NCBI GenBank assembly: GCA_030141605.1 | Contig: JAQGDQ010002406.1 | Span: 13,385-77,384 of the forward strand | From: Tubiluchus corallicola | Taxonomy: Eukaryota; Animalia; Priapulida | Length of the DNA stretch: 64,000 nucleotides | Direction: 5' to 3' | Shown here: positions 1-11,272 of the stretch, piece after piece | Layout: each line of letters begins with the position of its first letter | Numbering within the stretch: the stretch's first letter is position 1 | Notes under the pieces: generated by a model | Database searches by the model: none | Seen by the model: only the letters and a program-made list of their open reading frames with translations | Told to the model about the DNA's origin: nothing | Position numbers and translations under genes: made by a program

Positions 1-412
1 GCTATATATCCCTTTTCTGGGGTACTGCAGCATTATGACTTTTTGAAAATTATCTCCCCCAGTGGTCGATTGGAATGCGTCGGCAATCTGCTTTGCAGCA
101 TTATAAACTATGCGCACAACGGGAATAGTAGCAAAAAGTTTGTCAAAAATGCCCATCAACTTTCTGCCAAAGTAGAGCTTGGTCAAAAAGCCCACCATAT
201 AGATCAGAAAAATAACGAGGACAAATGATATAAATTCTTGCAGATGGAGTGTAAGATCTATTTCAAAATATACCAATGCCTTGTTCAGATAGGGCAACAG
301 CAGACCTTTAAGCGTCCTGTAGACAAACAGCACCAGATAGACAGTAACGACGATGGGCATTGCAGATATAATGCCCGACAGGAACAGATTTTATCTTTTT
401 TCTTTTTGGCAT
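1..412 (-). CDS. DUF502 family membrane protein (partial, runs off window; probable homopolymer frameshift near 385)
   Basis: Manual minus-strand translation: MPKRKKIK/NLFLSGIISAMPIVVTVYLV...FGRKLMGIFDKLFATIPVVRIVYNAAKQIADAF...FQKVIMLQYPRKGIYS, the typical DUF502 pattern; absent from the ORF track. Confidence 0.8.
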
Positions 413-457
413 GTCAAAAACTCACAAAATTTCCTTATCCGAAAAATGATAGACAAT

Positions 458-1378
458 CTACAATTTATAATTAAACAGCTGTCTTGCAAGTAGTTTGTCA
501 TATTGCGACCAGCCACCCTCTTCGACATTCTCTCTTTCAAAGATAGTGGTCATGCTATTAGTCTTAGCATCAATATTGTCTATGAGGTGCAGCACCATAG
601 CCTCAACCGTCTTCGGCAACTGCGGACTGCCGTATTCCAGATAACCGTGATGGGCCAGCAACACATGATTCAAAAGGCTTTTCCCAATGGGAGGGAAGTC
701 CTCCACCTGGCTTATATAGCCGTTCACAAGCTCACACCCTAGGACAAGGTGTCCCACGAGACGCCCCTCATCAGAATAGTCAAATCCACCATCGCTGGCG
801 AGCTCTTTGATCTTTCCGATATCGTGAAATAGAGCACCCAAAACCAATATATCCTTATTAATGCTGGTCTTGTAAAAATCAGCCATCATCAAAGCAAGCT
901 TTACAACTGCCAGTGTATGCTCCAAAAGGCCATGGACGTAAGCATGGTGAACATTCTTTGCAGCAGGAACATGCTTGAACAGCTCAACTGAATCAGTATC
1001 TTCAAAAAACTTGTCCAAAACGCCTCTGAAATGGGGAGCACTCACATGCTCCTTTAGCAATCCCACGAGCTCTTCCCACATGCTCTCCACACCGTGCTTG
1101 CTTTTGGGTAGAAAGTCCGCCGCCCTGCCCTTTTTATCGATGCTTATGCTAAATATCTTGAGCTGGGTTTGACCATTATAGTGGTTGATTGCGCCACCAA
1201 CATTCACGATCTGCCCCTTTTCCACCTCAAAGCCGATCTTATCGCTATCGAACAAAATACCATTATGGAGGTCTCCCTCCCGATCAGCTAAAATCATCTT
1301 TAAATACGGTCGATTATCCCTAGTCAAACTCTTGTTGACTTGAAACACCATAAAAACGCTATTGACAGATAAATCCAT
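458..1378 (-). CDS. yhaM: 3'-5' exoribonuclease YhaM/Cbf1 family (OB fold + HD domain)
   Basis: N-terminal OB-like region; PAAKNVHHAYVHGLLEHT, LFHDIGKIKE, GRLVGHL, HHGYLEYGSP motifs. Confidence 0.85.
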   Translation of the reverse strand: MDLSVNSVFMVFQVNKSLTRDNRPYLKMILADREGDLHNGILFDSDKIGFEVEKGQIVNVGGAINHYNGQTQLKIFSISIDKKGRAADFLPKSKHGVESMWEELVGLLKEHVSAPHFRGVLDKFFEDTDSVELFKHVPAAKNVHHAYVHGLLEHTLAVVKLALMMADFYKTSINKDILVLGALFHDIGKIKELASDGGFDYSDEGRLVGHLVLGCELVNGYISQVEDFPPIGKSLLNHVLLAHHGYLEYGSPQLPKTVEAMVLHLIDNIDAKTNSMTTIFERENVEEGGWSQYDKLLARQLFNYKL

Positions 1379-1424
1379 TTACACAAATACCTTAAAATCG
1401 ATAAATTAAGAGAATAAGAAGTGC

Positions 1425-1453
1425 ATTCTATACAATCACAGATTTAAAATCAA
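1425..1453 (-). promoter_or_regulatory. sigma70-like promoter for yhaM
   Basis: Minus strand TTGATT-N17-TAGAAT about 45 nt upstream of the start. Confidence 0.55.
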
Positions 1454-1479
1454 CCCAAATATAAGCAGCTCAAAATCAC

Positions 1480-1731
1480 TTACCACTCATCAACAGTGTC
1501 ATTTTCACAAACATTGACGTCTCTGATATCGACCCCTTCTGAAGAAAGGCTTTTCAACACTTCAAGAACCGTGGGGACGAAACTACTCGTACTATAGATG
1601 TAAAGGGTGGGGCCTTCTCTGTCAACGGTGCGGACAATGCCTATACCCTCGTAAGAATCGATTATTGCGTTGATGTAGAGGACATCTTTTAGATTTGAGT
1701 TGAACCTGACCTTGACGCCATGCATCTTCAT
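1480..1731 (-). CDS. DUF4911-like small protein
   Basis: YINAIIDSYEGIGIVRTVD motif; overlaps the upstream gene by ATGA. Confidence 0.65.
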   Translation of the reverse strand: MKMHGVKVRFNSNLKDVLYINAIIDSYEGIGIVRTVDREGPTLYIYSTSSFVPTVLEVLKSLSSEGVDIRDVNVCENDTVDEW

Positions 1732-2099
1732 ACGACATCTATCAAGCCAATCTTTACACCATCGAGAAGCTGCTCCAACTCTTTGGCTTCATCTTTTAAC
1801 CTGGCCTCTATGTACACCTTTTTCACATTGAGGCTGGCGACAGCATCCACAAAAGTAGCAGAATCCTGCATCACCTTCGTAAAATCTGTGACGAGGAAAC
1901 CATGCTTAAAGTTCAATTTTTGAATATTGACATAGACAATATTGGCACAATCCGTGTTCTCCAAGACAGAGGTAAGTGCACCGCGATGGAAAAAATCCAA
2001 CTTTGCAGAGAGCCCCCGGGGCTTTACGTTCTCCAGGTCGTAATCTACAAAGATCGGTGTCTGTTCAATATTGCTTATATTGGCCTTAACTGTCTGCAT
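1728..2099 (-). CDS. hypothetical protein
   Basis: 123-aa ORF tightly packed between nusB and the DUF4911-like gene. Confidence 0.6.
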   Translation of the reverse strand: MQTVKANISNIEQTPIFVDYDLENVKPRGLSAKLDFFHRGALTSVLENTDCANIVYVNIQKLNFKHGFLVTDFTKVMQDSATFVDAVASLNVKKVYIEARLKDEAKELEQLLDGVKIGLIDVV

Positions 2100-2103
2100 T
2101 AGT

Positions 2104-2520
2104 TCAACATCTTTCCACGTTAAATTCTTCTTTTATCTTATCAAGTATACCATTTATAAAGGCGATGGACTTTGTATCACAATACTTGCCACTGATGCCC
2201 ACATAGTCGTTGAGGATAACATGTATAGGCGCATCGCCTAAAAACATCTCCCCCAAAGCCACTCTCAGCACGCTCTTCTCCATGAGACCAACTCTTTCAA
2301 GACTCCAGCTTTGCTTGAGAAAACTCCTTATTAAAGCATCATTTTCACTCTGCCTTGACTTTGCGGTTTCAAAGAGGTCTTTAGCAAAGTTTATGATATT
2401 ACCATTCTCTTCAGACACGGTCTCCCAAAACAGGAGAGCTACATCGTCACCCTCTTCGCTATACTCGTGCTGATACATCATCTGAACAGCGTATTCTCTG
2501 GATTTTGTACGATTCTTCAC
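2104..2520 (-). CDS. nusB: transcription antitermination factor NusB
   Basis: [28 protein letters not shown] motifs; follows ribH. Confidence 0.93.
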   Translation of the reverse strand: MKNRTKSREYAVQMMYQHEYSEEGDDVALLFWETVSEENGNIINFAKDLFETAKSRQSENDALIRSFLKQSWSLERVGLMEKSVLRVALGEMFLGDAPIHVILNDYVGISGKYCDTKSIAFINGILDKIKEEFNVERC

Positions 2521-2996
2521 GCTTCACTTATCTCTCTTTTGATGAGGTTAACTATCTCAATTCCACCCATTCCGGCTTCTGCGCCCTTGTTCCCTGCTTT
2601 AGTACCTGCCCGCTCAACGGCTTGCTCTATGGTATCCGTGGTCAGGATGCCGTTGATTACAGGTATCTCTGTGCTCAACGATACACTCGCAACCCCTTTT
2701 GCCGATTCCGCTGCAACGTAGTCAAAATGTGGAGTAGACCCACGAATCACCACCCCAAGAGCAATGATGCAGTCAAAACGCCCACTCAATGCCAGTTTTT
2801 TACATATCAAAGGGATTTCAAAAGCACCCGGAACTTTGTAGACATCAATGTCATCCTGAGCCACCTCGTGGCGCAGAAGAGCATCCACACAACCCGACAC
2901 AAGGCTCTTTGTGATAAAGTCGTTAAACCTTGACGCAACTATGCCAAAACGCAAACCTTTACCGGAATAGTTACCCTCTTTTATCGCAATATTCAT
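2517..2996 (-). CDS. ribH: 6,7-dimethyl-8-ribityllumazine synthase
   Basis: [41 protein letters not shown]. Confidence 0.97.
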   Translation of the reverse strand: MNIAIKEGNYSGKGLRFGIVASRFNDFITKSLVSGCVDALLRHEVAQDDIDVYKVPGAFEIPLICKKLALSGRFDCIIALGVVIRGSTPHFDYVAAESAKGVASVSLSTEIPVINGILTTDTIEQAVERAGTKAGNKGAEAGMGGIEIVNLIKREISEA

Positions 2997-3018
2997 ATTT
3001 ATCTCCTCACAAAATGTG

Positions 3019-4243
3019 CTATATATCTATTCTATGACCAAATTTCTCTTTCTTTGTCTGTAGATACTTTCTGTTGTCATCATTAATGCTGGCATTCGTT
3101 GCTATTCTTTCAACTATATCCAGCCCGTAACCGGACAAACATTTCATCTTTTTAGGATTGTTAGTAATAATCCTTATCTTTTCTAGGGAAAGATATTTGA
3201 GGATACTAGCTCCAAAGCCGTAGTCCCTCATATCCTCTTCAAAACCGAGATCAACATTTGCCTCAGCCGTGTCAAGCCCCTTATCTTGAAGGTGATAGGC
3301 TTTGATCTTGTTCAGGATGCCTATGCCGCGCCCCTCCTGAAACAGATACACAATAACCCCAACACCCTCATTCTCTATCATTTTCATAGCTACATCAAGC
3401 TGGTCTCCACAATCACAACGACGGGAACAAAACACATCCCCAGTAAGGCATTGGGAATGTATCCGCACCAAGACGGGTTTAAGACCGTCAGGTTCGCTGA
3501 CCAGGGCAACGCCCTCCTGATCATCGAATACGCTTTTAAAGCCGAGAACCTAAACTTGCCGTAATCCGTGGGCAGCAGTGCTGACCCTCAACAGTCACGA
3601 CCTTTTCCGTTTTTAGTCTGTATTCTATAATGTCCGCAACACTTAAAATTCCAATATTGTGACGTTTAGCATACACCTCCAGCTCGGGCAATCTCGCCAT
3701 GGCGCCATCTTCATTCATTATTTCACAAATGACCCCAGCCGGCGGAAGACCCGCAATACGCATGAGATCAACAGAACCTTCAGTCTGACCAGCCCTGACC
3801 AAAACACCGCCGTCCCTTGCCCTCAAAGGAAAAATATGCCCCGGAGACACAACATCACAAGCTTTAGCTTGAGGATGCGCTGCAACCTCAATGGTTGTAG
3901 CTCTGTCCTGAACCGATATCCCCGTGGTAATGCCGAGTGACGCCTCAATGGATAAGGTGAAGGCGGTACCGTACTGGGACTTGTTGTCATCCCCAGTCAC
4001 CATGAGGGGCAGATCAAGCCTGTCACACTGCTTCCCGTCAAGGGCAAGGCATATCAAACCCCTGGCATTTTTTGCCATGAAATTTACCAACTCAGGAGTA
4101 ACAAGGGATGCAGAAAACACCAAATCCCCTTCATTCTCCCTATCCTCATCATCAACAAGAATCACCATGCGGCCACGTCTAACCTCTTTGACCGCTTCAT
4201 CTACAGTGAGGTAGACGCTCTTCTCAGTATCAATATCAACCAC
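3019..4243 (-). CDS. ribBA: bifunctional DHBP synthase / GTP cyclohydrolase II, split by one frameshift near 3583
   Basis: [10 protein letters not shown] and PGHIFPL in 3536-4243; [21 protein letters not shown] and QEGRGIG in 3019-3471; linker LLPTDYGKF reads through after a frame change. Confidence 0.92.
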
Positions 4244-4876
4244 CTGCCATCTTCGTCAACAGACTGCCAAGGTTACCTTCGCAATCTTTATATGAGTTTA
4301 GTTTTTCTAAATGTCTAGCTATTATGTCAACTTCCAAGTTGACCTCATCACCCACCCTCAACGCCTGGAGGGTAGTATTTGCATATGTGTGCGGAATAAC
4401 GGCTATCCTCATAGCACTTTGCCCAATGATTGAGGCAACAGTTAAACTTATCCCGCTCACACTAATCGAACCCTTCTCCACAATGTAGCGATCTAAACAG
4501 GAAGGATAGGTGATCTCGACGACGTAGCATTCGCCGAGCTTATTGCTCTTAACTACTCTGCCAACCCCGTCCACATGCCCCAAAACGATGTGCCCACCGA
4601 GACGATCACTGAGTCTGATAGCTCTTTCAAGATTTACAATGCTTCCCCGTTTAAGGTTTTTAAGATCACTCCTGTTGTAGGTTTCCGAAGACACATCCGC
4701 AGAAAAGCCGGATGGATTAAATCTCGTCACAGTGAGACAGATGCCATTCACGGATATAGAATCCCCAATACGCATGTCAGAAGTGATGTTATCGCAAAAA
4801 ATATCTATCCTGCCACCGTTTCCAGTTAGACTGATTTCTATTTATTTTGCGTATTTTCTGCAATTCCGGTAAACAT
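4236..4876 (-). CDS. ribE: riboflavin synthase alpha chain (frameshift near 4848)
   Basis: Diagnostic MFTGI start at 4876, then [30 protein letters not shown]. Confidence 0.92.
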
Positions 4877-6025
4877 CTATCGCTTTCCTAGTCAATTTTA
4901 TCACTTCAAAAGAATAAGAATTCACATTATACACAGAAAGAACATCATCACCAATCGATTTTGTGCTAACCAAATTGATTCTAGGCACATCCGACATGCT
5001 CTCATAACCAGTAAAGCCCACAGCAGGCACACCAGAAGAACCTATCACCATAGGAGACGTAAATATATATGCCTTATCAACCAATCCTTGCCTGTACAGC
5101 GAAGCGATAATCTTACCTCCACCCTCTACCATTATATTCGATATGCCGAGCTGCAACAGCAGAGACGACATCTCAGCAAGGTCGACACCATGCTTACACC
5201 TACCAGACAGGAGCACCGTTATCCCCATCTCTTCCAATTTGGCAACTTTTGCAGTATCCACATCTGAACCCGCAACGACAATCAGTCTATTTTGCCCCTT
5301 TGCAGCGCGTTTTACAAGATTTGCATCGAGCTTTATACGAAGATCTGAATCCACAACCACCTTGGCAGGATCAAGCGCCTCCTCAGCAAGATGCCGCACG
5401 TCCAACAAAGGATCATCGTTCATAACTGTACCGATCCCGACCAGCACAGCATCACTCGCAGACCTCATCTGGTGGACATATCTTCTCGATGCTTCACTGC
5501 TAATCCATTTGGAAGTGCCATCAGGACAAGCAATTCTACCATCGATGCTCATGGCAATCTTTACTGTAAAGTAGGGTTTATTGTGGAGGATATATTTTGT
5601 GAACGGCTCTATAAGCTCTGCACATTCCGGCATGCATATTCCGCAAAAAACCTCAACCCCATGCTTCACAAGATAATCGACGCCCTTGCCCGCATGCATT
5701 TCATTCGGATCGAGAACCCCTATGTATACACGCTTAATACCTGCAGCAACTATGGCCTCAACACAAGGAGGAGTCTTGCCAAACGTAGAACAAGGCTCCA
5801 GCGTAACGTACAGATCAGCACCGAAAGCCCTACTGCCCGCTTTAGTCAAAGCATTAATCTCACCATGATGGGAACCGTACTGCCGATGACAATCCATGGA
5901 GACAATGTCATCCCCCTTCACTACGGCAGCGTCGACGAGGGGTTTGTCTGCGTCCTGCCCGCACCTTCATACGCGCAAGAAACACACGCAAGCATTCTCT
6001 CTTTAACCGCACTATCTATTGTCAT
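4842..6025 (-). CDS. ribD: riboflavin deaminase/reductase RibD (frameshift near 5940)
   Basis: GRTQTNP(LV) N-terminus from ATG 6025; HGE...VTLEPCSTFGKTPPC zinc motif; reductase domain with VEGGG. Confidence 0.92.
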
Positions 6026-6115
6026 CTTTAAAGTTTACGCAACTCTTATAATAACTCACCAACTCAAAACCTCACCTTTTACCGCCGTATACCTACTTCA
6101 GTAGTTGACGCCTCC

Positions 6116-6718
6116 CTATTTGGAAAACAAAAAATCAACCTTGCGCTCTTCTTTGCGCAAGATCCTGGTAATGTTGCTACGATGTCTATACACGACAAAA
6201 GCTGCAAGACACAAGGTGGTGATCTGCAGCGCAAGCCAGCTGGAGTTAATTATAACGACGATTGCCAAAGTTACAGCCCCAACTATGGAGCTCAGGGACA
6301 TCATGCGCCATATAGCTAGGATCAAAACGAAAACAACCGTCGTGATCAACAATGGTATAGGAGCCAGCGCAAGGTATATGCCGACGGCAGAAGCTATACC
6401 CTTGCCGCCCTTGAAGCCGATAAAGAGACTATATGAATGCCCCACCATAACGGCAATAATGCCGATAATGACAATGATATGCTCTCCAAACATGAAATAC
6501 AGCACATAGATAGGGATAAAACCCTTCAGAAGATCCAAAACGAGCACAAATATAAAACCGCCATAGCCTAAGACCCGCCCCGCATTGGTAGCGCCGACAT
6601 TTCCGCTGCCAATATCGCGTATATCCACGCCCTTGATGGCCTTCACCAATAGATATGCGGTAGGTATGGCACCGATAAAGTAGCAAGCAACTATAGACGC
6701 AATGGAAAAAATGATCAT
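6116..6718 (-). CDS. plsY: glycerol-3-phosphate acyltransferase PlsY
   Basis: DIRDIGSGNVGATN, GHSYSLFIGFKGGKGIA, HRSNI. Confidence 0.95.
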   Translation of the reverse strand: MIIFSIASIVACYFIGAIPTAYLLVKAIKGVDIRDIGSGNVGATNAGRVLGYGGFIFVLVLDLLKGFIPIYVLYFMFGEHIIVIIGIIAVMVGHSYSLFIGFKGGKGIASAVGIYLALAPIPLLITTVVFVLILAIWRMMSLSSIVGAVTLAIVVIINSSWLALQITTLCLAAFVVYRHRSNITRILRKEERKVDFLFSK

Positions 6719-6722
6719 AACC

Positions 6723-7829
6723 TCACCCCGTAACCATTTTATGCAGCTTTGATCGCCGCAGCTCTATGGAGCTGTAACCGCACAACTCAAAACAGCAAAA
6801 ACATTCAATACAGCCCTTTTTATCAACAACAAGGCTCCCCTTGCCCCCGTGAATAGCATCAACCGGACAACTCTTCACGCACTGTTTACAATACGTGCAT
6901 TTGCTGTTGTCTATATACGGCTTCACGTATATCATTTTGGCGAACGCTCGCTTAAAAAATTCCGGCAATTTCACAGAGCCCTTCAAGGACGTAGGCAATA
7001 CCATCTCAATATCACTGGCGACATCTCCTATGACGTCAACGTTTGACGAATCATACCCCTCGTTTATTGCAGCCAATGTGGTAAGACAACAGTCATCGGG
7101 AATGCCAAAAACGCCGGCAACCGCAATGTCCACAGCAATGGCGTCCTCTCCACAAAAAACATGGTTGAGGGAAATCACCTCACCCTTTCTCGGGCCATTT
7201 TTGTGCATTCCGAGGATACCATCCACAATGTTGATCGACCTCTTTGAGACCTTCAAGTACTCCTCATATATTGACTTGGCAAGTTCCAAATTGTTTGGAA
7301 ATTTTCTGTGAAAGGCAACCTTACCGGTACCGGGAATTAGACCAAAATAGTTCTTCACAGCGCAAGTCAAGCCCGTCAACGCATGGGTTTTTAGCTTCGG
7401 AAGGTTTATGATAAAGTCGACCTCATCCACAAACGAAGTATACGCCTCTCCGGCTCTGGGGCTGTGCTTTTCAAACTGAACAATCTCTATGTCGTGCTTT
7501 TCAGCCACCTCGCTCATTCCCGTCCTGCCCAGCACCAAGGTATAGCTGCCGTAATGGCCGCCGGGACTATCGCCCAACACTATTTTGCCGCTGTAAATCT
7601 CCTTTAAGGCGACGATGACATGTTCTACAAAACGGGGATGAGTAGTAACCGCCTCCTCGGGAAGTGAAGCAGAAAGAAGGTTCGGTTTAATGAGGATAGT
7701 CCCCTTTTCTGCGATAGTATCCGCATACAGTCCGAGATACTTCCTGATAAACTCGCTAAGAGCAGCGTCATCGTAGGACGAAACACTTTTGCAATATACC
7801 TTGTTTGAAACATTATTATCCATGATCAT
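6723..7829 (-). CDS. DUF362 domain protein with C-terminal 2x[4Fe-4S] ferredoxin
   Basis: LIKPNL, TTHP, INLPKLKTH, VKNYFG; CxxCxxCxxxCP and CIECFCCFELC. Confidence 0.88.
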   Translation of the reverse strand: MIMDNNVSNKVYCKSVSSYDDAALSEFIRKYLGLYADTIAEKGTILIKPNLLSASLPEEAVTTHPRFVEHVIVALKEIYSGKIVLGDSPGGHYGSYTLVLGRTGMSEVAEKHDIEIVQFEKHSPRAGEAYTSFVDEVDFIINLPKLKTHALTGLTCAVKNYFGLIPGTGKVAFHRKFPNNLELAKSIYEEYLKVSKRSINIVDGILGMHKNGPRKGEVISLNHVFCGEDAIAVDIAVAGVFGIPDDCCLTTLAAINEGYDSSNVDVIGDVASDIEMVLPTSLKGSVKLPEFFKRAFAKMIYVKPYIDNSKCTYCKQCVKSCPVDAIHGGKGSLVVDKKGCIECFCCFELCGYSSIELRRSKLHKMVTG

Positions 7830-7843
7830 AACCTACACGCAAT

Positions 7844-8398
7844 TTACTTGTTCATTATTCTGTTGTATTCGCAAGCGTAGGTGTAAAAAGAATACCAAGC
7901 CACTGCGACGGTTATATATATCCCTATCTGTCCTATGAAGAGAGTGTCAAAATCCATGAATGGAGCACCGTAAATGACGAGACCGAGGGCTATCATTTGG
8001 GCAGATGTCTTGACTTTGCCCCAGATGTTGGCTGCAATGATGACACCATTGCTCGCAGCACTATCCCGCAAGGCACCTATGGCAAATTCACGACTCAAGA
8101 GTAATATCACAACGACGGCGTGCAGACGATCCACATCCACAAGAACTATGAGCACAGCAGCAACCAATATCTTGTCCGCAATGGGATCTAATATCTTGCC
8201 GATATTCGTCACTTGAGAGTTTCGCCTTGCAAGATAACCATCAAAGAAGTCCGTCAAACAGGCTATCACAAACAGAGTAAGAGCAAAAACATCCCATGTA
8301 TATCCATCAAGCTTTATGAACAATATTATAGCGGGAATGAGGAGTATCCTCAACAGGGTTAGTTTCGTAGGCAGGTTCATATCTTTTAACCAAGACAT
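7844..8398 (-). CDS. pgsA: CDP-diacylglycerol--glycerol-3-phosphate 3-phosphatidyltransferase
   Basis: TDFFDGYLARR...GKILDPIADK CDP-alcohol phosphotransferase motif; GKVKT. Confidence 0.95.
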   Translation of the reverse strand: MSWLKDMNLPTKLTLLRILLIPAIILFIKLDGYTWDVFALTLFVIACLTDFFDGYLARRNSQVTNIGKILDPIADKILVAAVLIVLVDVDRLHAVVVILLLSREFAIGALRDSAASNGVIIAANIWGKVKTSAQMIALGLVIYGAPFMDFDTLFIGQIGIYITVAVAWYSFYTYACEYNRIMNK

Positions 8399-8492
8399 AT
8401 TTGACCTCCGGATTATTCATTTTTTTTAAGTACTCAGCACGCTTGGAAAATATCACACTTCTTAAGAGGCGTTAACAAAGAAAAATCACCCC

Positions 8493-8517
8493 TCAAGGTA
8501 TTCTATCAATACCTTGA
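8493..8517. terminator. hairpin downstream of greA, putative terminator
   Basis: TCAAGGTATT-ctatc-AATACCTTGA perfect 10-bp stem. Confidence 0.5.
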
Positions 8518-8538
8518 AAATATTGTAAGCATTATATT

Positions 8539-9012
8539 TTAGGGAAATTTTACGGTAATAATTTCGTACTCAATGTCTCCATTGGGAGCATTGACGATCG
8601 CATCGTCCCCGATCTTCTTTCCGATCAGCGCTCTCGATATGGGGGACATTACCGATATTTCACCGGACGAAACATCAACTTCATCAGGCCCTACGAGGCG
8701 ATACTTCTTGACCTCTCCGGTTTCAATATTTTCAAGCTCCACATAAGCACCAAAAGCCACAACATCGCCCTTCATCCTGGCAGGGTCTATGATATCAAAC
8801 CTACTCATCTTCCCTTCAAGTTCCGATATGCGGGCCTCTATAAAGCTCTGTTTTTCCCGAGCAGCATCATACTCAGCATTCTCACTCAAGTCCCCGTGGC
8901 TTCTCGCTATCTTTATCTCTTCCACGACCTCTTTTCTATCGATGGTCCTAAGCCGCTCCAACTCAGCCTTAAGACGATCATATCCCGTGATAGTTATCGG
9001 TATCCTCAACAT
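8539..9012 (-). CDS. greA: transcription elongation factor GreA (in frame with upstream xseA)
   Basis: MLRIPITITGY...ARSHGDLSENAEYDAARE...ISVMSPISRALIG; own GGAGG RBS 6 nt before ATG 9012. Confidence 0.95.
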   Translation of the reverse strand: MLRIPITITGYDRLKAELERLRTIDRKEVVEEIKIARSHGDLSENAEYDAAREKQSFIEARISELEGKMSRFDIIDPARMKGDVVAFGAYVELENIETGEVKKYRLVGPDEVDVSSGEISVMSPISRALIGKKIGDDAIVNAPNGDIEYEIITVKFP

Positions 9013-10611
9013 AAAATCCTCCGAAAGTTCCGCTCTGCTCACGACAGAGCTCTTAATATAACCGTCGTACAATCTTATATCAAGCAAATTTTTATCATCA
9101 ACGTCAGACACCGATGTAACAACTTTACCATTTTGCGTTAGAGCGGCATAACCTCTTTTTAAGACATTTTCTGGATTTAGACCTCGCATCTGCCTCAACA
9201 ATCCTTCACACTCATTCAAGTGGCTCGTTAAAGACCACCTTGCCCTCTGGGTAATGGAGGAGATAAGCCCTCTTACCATTATCTGGCATTTCTCCACCTC
9301 TCCCAAGGGGGACAGGGCTAGCAGTCTGTTTGTCAAAATATCCGTACTAGACCTTGCAGCACTGACGGGCTCACAGCGCAAAAGGAAAAATTGCAACCGA
9401 TCTCTGCCATTCTGATACTCCTTAAGTGAAGAGCTTATACTATTCTTCAGGACAGATTCGCTATATTTCAACCTGTCAAGGTATGCATTCAACACCCCGC
9501 TCGGGGATGGGAGCCTATGTTCAAGCAGACGCAAAGATGACAATTTTGAGGATTGAGCAACCTGCAGCCCCCTGGTTATCCTAGATATGCTGCTCTGAAC
9601 GAAAGCTGCATCCCTCTCTATCCGCGTCAATGGAGAAGATCTATAAACGTAAGAGGTGACACCATCGAGCATCTGTTGATAGTATTCGCATCTTTTCACC
9701 ATGATCTGTCCTACCTTTGCCATCCTTTCATCCAACACAACGTTGGCCAACCTGTAACCCTCACACAAAAGCACAGCAGAAGCCGTAGGAGTAGCGCTGC
9801 GCACATCAGCTACAAGGTCGCATATCGTCACATCTTTTTCATGCCCTATGGCAGATACGGTGGGGACAGTTACGGCGTGAAAAGCCCGAACCAACGCCTC
9901 ATCATTAAATATGAAAAGATCATCCAGCGAACCTCCACCACGCATCAATACAACTGCGTCATACTTGCCTTTGGAGTCATTCACCATCTTCAGAGCTTGA
10001 ATTATCTCCTCAATCGCTGATGCCCCTTGCACAGATACAGGGTAAAGGTCGGCACCGAAAAGACCATTGTGCATATTGACAGTTACGACAAAGTCCTTGA
10101 TGGCTGCCCCTTGATTGGATGTGATTAACGCTATGTGACGAGGGTATTTCGGTAAGCTCTTCTTTGTGCCTTCATCAAAAAAACCTTCCAATTCCAGCTT
10201 TTTTAGCGTCTTCTCGTAGGCTTGCCAAAAACTGCCCACTGAAGAATACTTTACATCACGAGCTTTAAGTTGATATGTACCGGACGGAGGATAGATCGCA
10301 ATCTCTCCGCTGACTTGAACCTTGTCGCCATCTTTTGGAATGAAGGCGCTCGGCGATTGAAGATAATTTTTGAAATAAACTATGCTTAGGGATGAATTTC
10401 CCTCCTTGAGGCTAAAATAGCAGTGCCCAAACCTAGACACACTAACACCGCTAACCTCCCCAACAACCATGATCAAACCGGGAAAACTGCGAATGACAGC
10501 ATCGGAAATCTTATCGGTCAACTCTTGTACTGAATATATCCTGCTAATCTTCTGAATAGCCTCCGTGGTCGTATTTTTCCAAGGTTTTATTGTCGATGTA
10601 GAGATCCTCAC
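9013..10611 (-). CDS. xseA: exodeoxyribonuclease VII large subunit (no stop before greA; start uncertain)
   Basis: GEVSG..GHCYFSLKE, MRGGGSLDDLFIFNDE, SAIGHEKD, ADVRSATPTA, NPENVLKRGYA. Confidence 0.9.
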
Positions 10612-10855
10612 CGGACTTCATCATATTCAGCTTTTGCCTGATGATCATTTGGAGATAAACGTTGTCTTCCCTGAGCTTGGCATTTTCCACCTTGAGGTCT
10701 TCGATATCCTGACGCAGAGCACTTATCTGGGCGCCGTACTCAACCGCAATACCCTGCAATTTAAAATATCTCAAAAGACCATTGTTGCCGAATACAAGGT
10801 AGTAAAGCAGCACCAAAATTATCCCGGAATATATGTAGTTGATCTTCATCTTCAC
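10544..10855 (-). CDS. septum formation initiator (FtsB/DivIC family)
   Basis: One TM segment, FGNNGLL, coiled coil, IRQKLNMMKSGE. Confidence 0.8.
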   Translation of the reverse strand: MKMKINYIYSGIILVLLYYLVFGNNGLLRYFKLQGIAVEYGAQISALRQDIEDLKVENAKLREDNVYLQMIIRQKLNMMKSGEDLYIDNKTLEKYDHGGYSED

Positions 10856-10993
10856 TTAACAGCCATAAATACAACAAACTCCGTTTTCAACGACGCATAA
10901 CTACTGTAAGACAATAAACTCAATGCAAAGGGGAAAAGAGATCAAAAATAACCTAAATCGTAACCTTAAGATACTTCTCTACAGTCGCCCGAT

Positions 10994-11227
10994 TCAGCTC
11001 ATGTCATCAATATCGAGGTCCGCAATCTCTTCTGAAGGTGTGATGGATGATATAGCATGTTTGTATATCATCTTCTGCGATTCGTCCTTTATTATCACAA
11101 CAAAATTATCAAAGCCCTTAACGGTGCATTCAATACTGGTGCCATTCAGCAAATGCACAGTACACGGAAGCTTCCTCTTCCGAAGATAATTCAGTAATGT
11201 ATCCTGAATATTAAGCTTTTTACTCAT
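10994..11227 (-). CDS. hfq: RNA chaperone Hfq
   Basis: NIQDTLLN, LLNG, FDNFVV, MIYKHAISSI; downstream of miaA. Confidence 0.95.
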   Translation of the reverse strand: MSKKLNIQDTLLNYLRKRKLPCTVHLLNGTSIECTVKGFDNFVVIIKDESQKMIYKHAISSITPSEEIADLDIDDMS

Positions 11228-11272
11228 AAATCACTTTCTCCACTAAACCAGACAAACACGTATGATCGATTT

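Noticed and set aside
3019-6025. Programmed frameshifting or pseudogenisation of the rib genes
   Set aside because: Single-base losses with intact motifs are spread over many unrelated genes; sequence error is simpler
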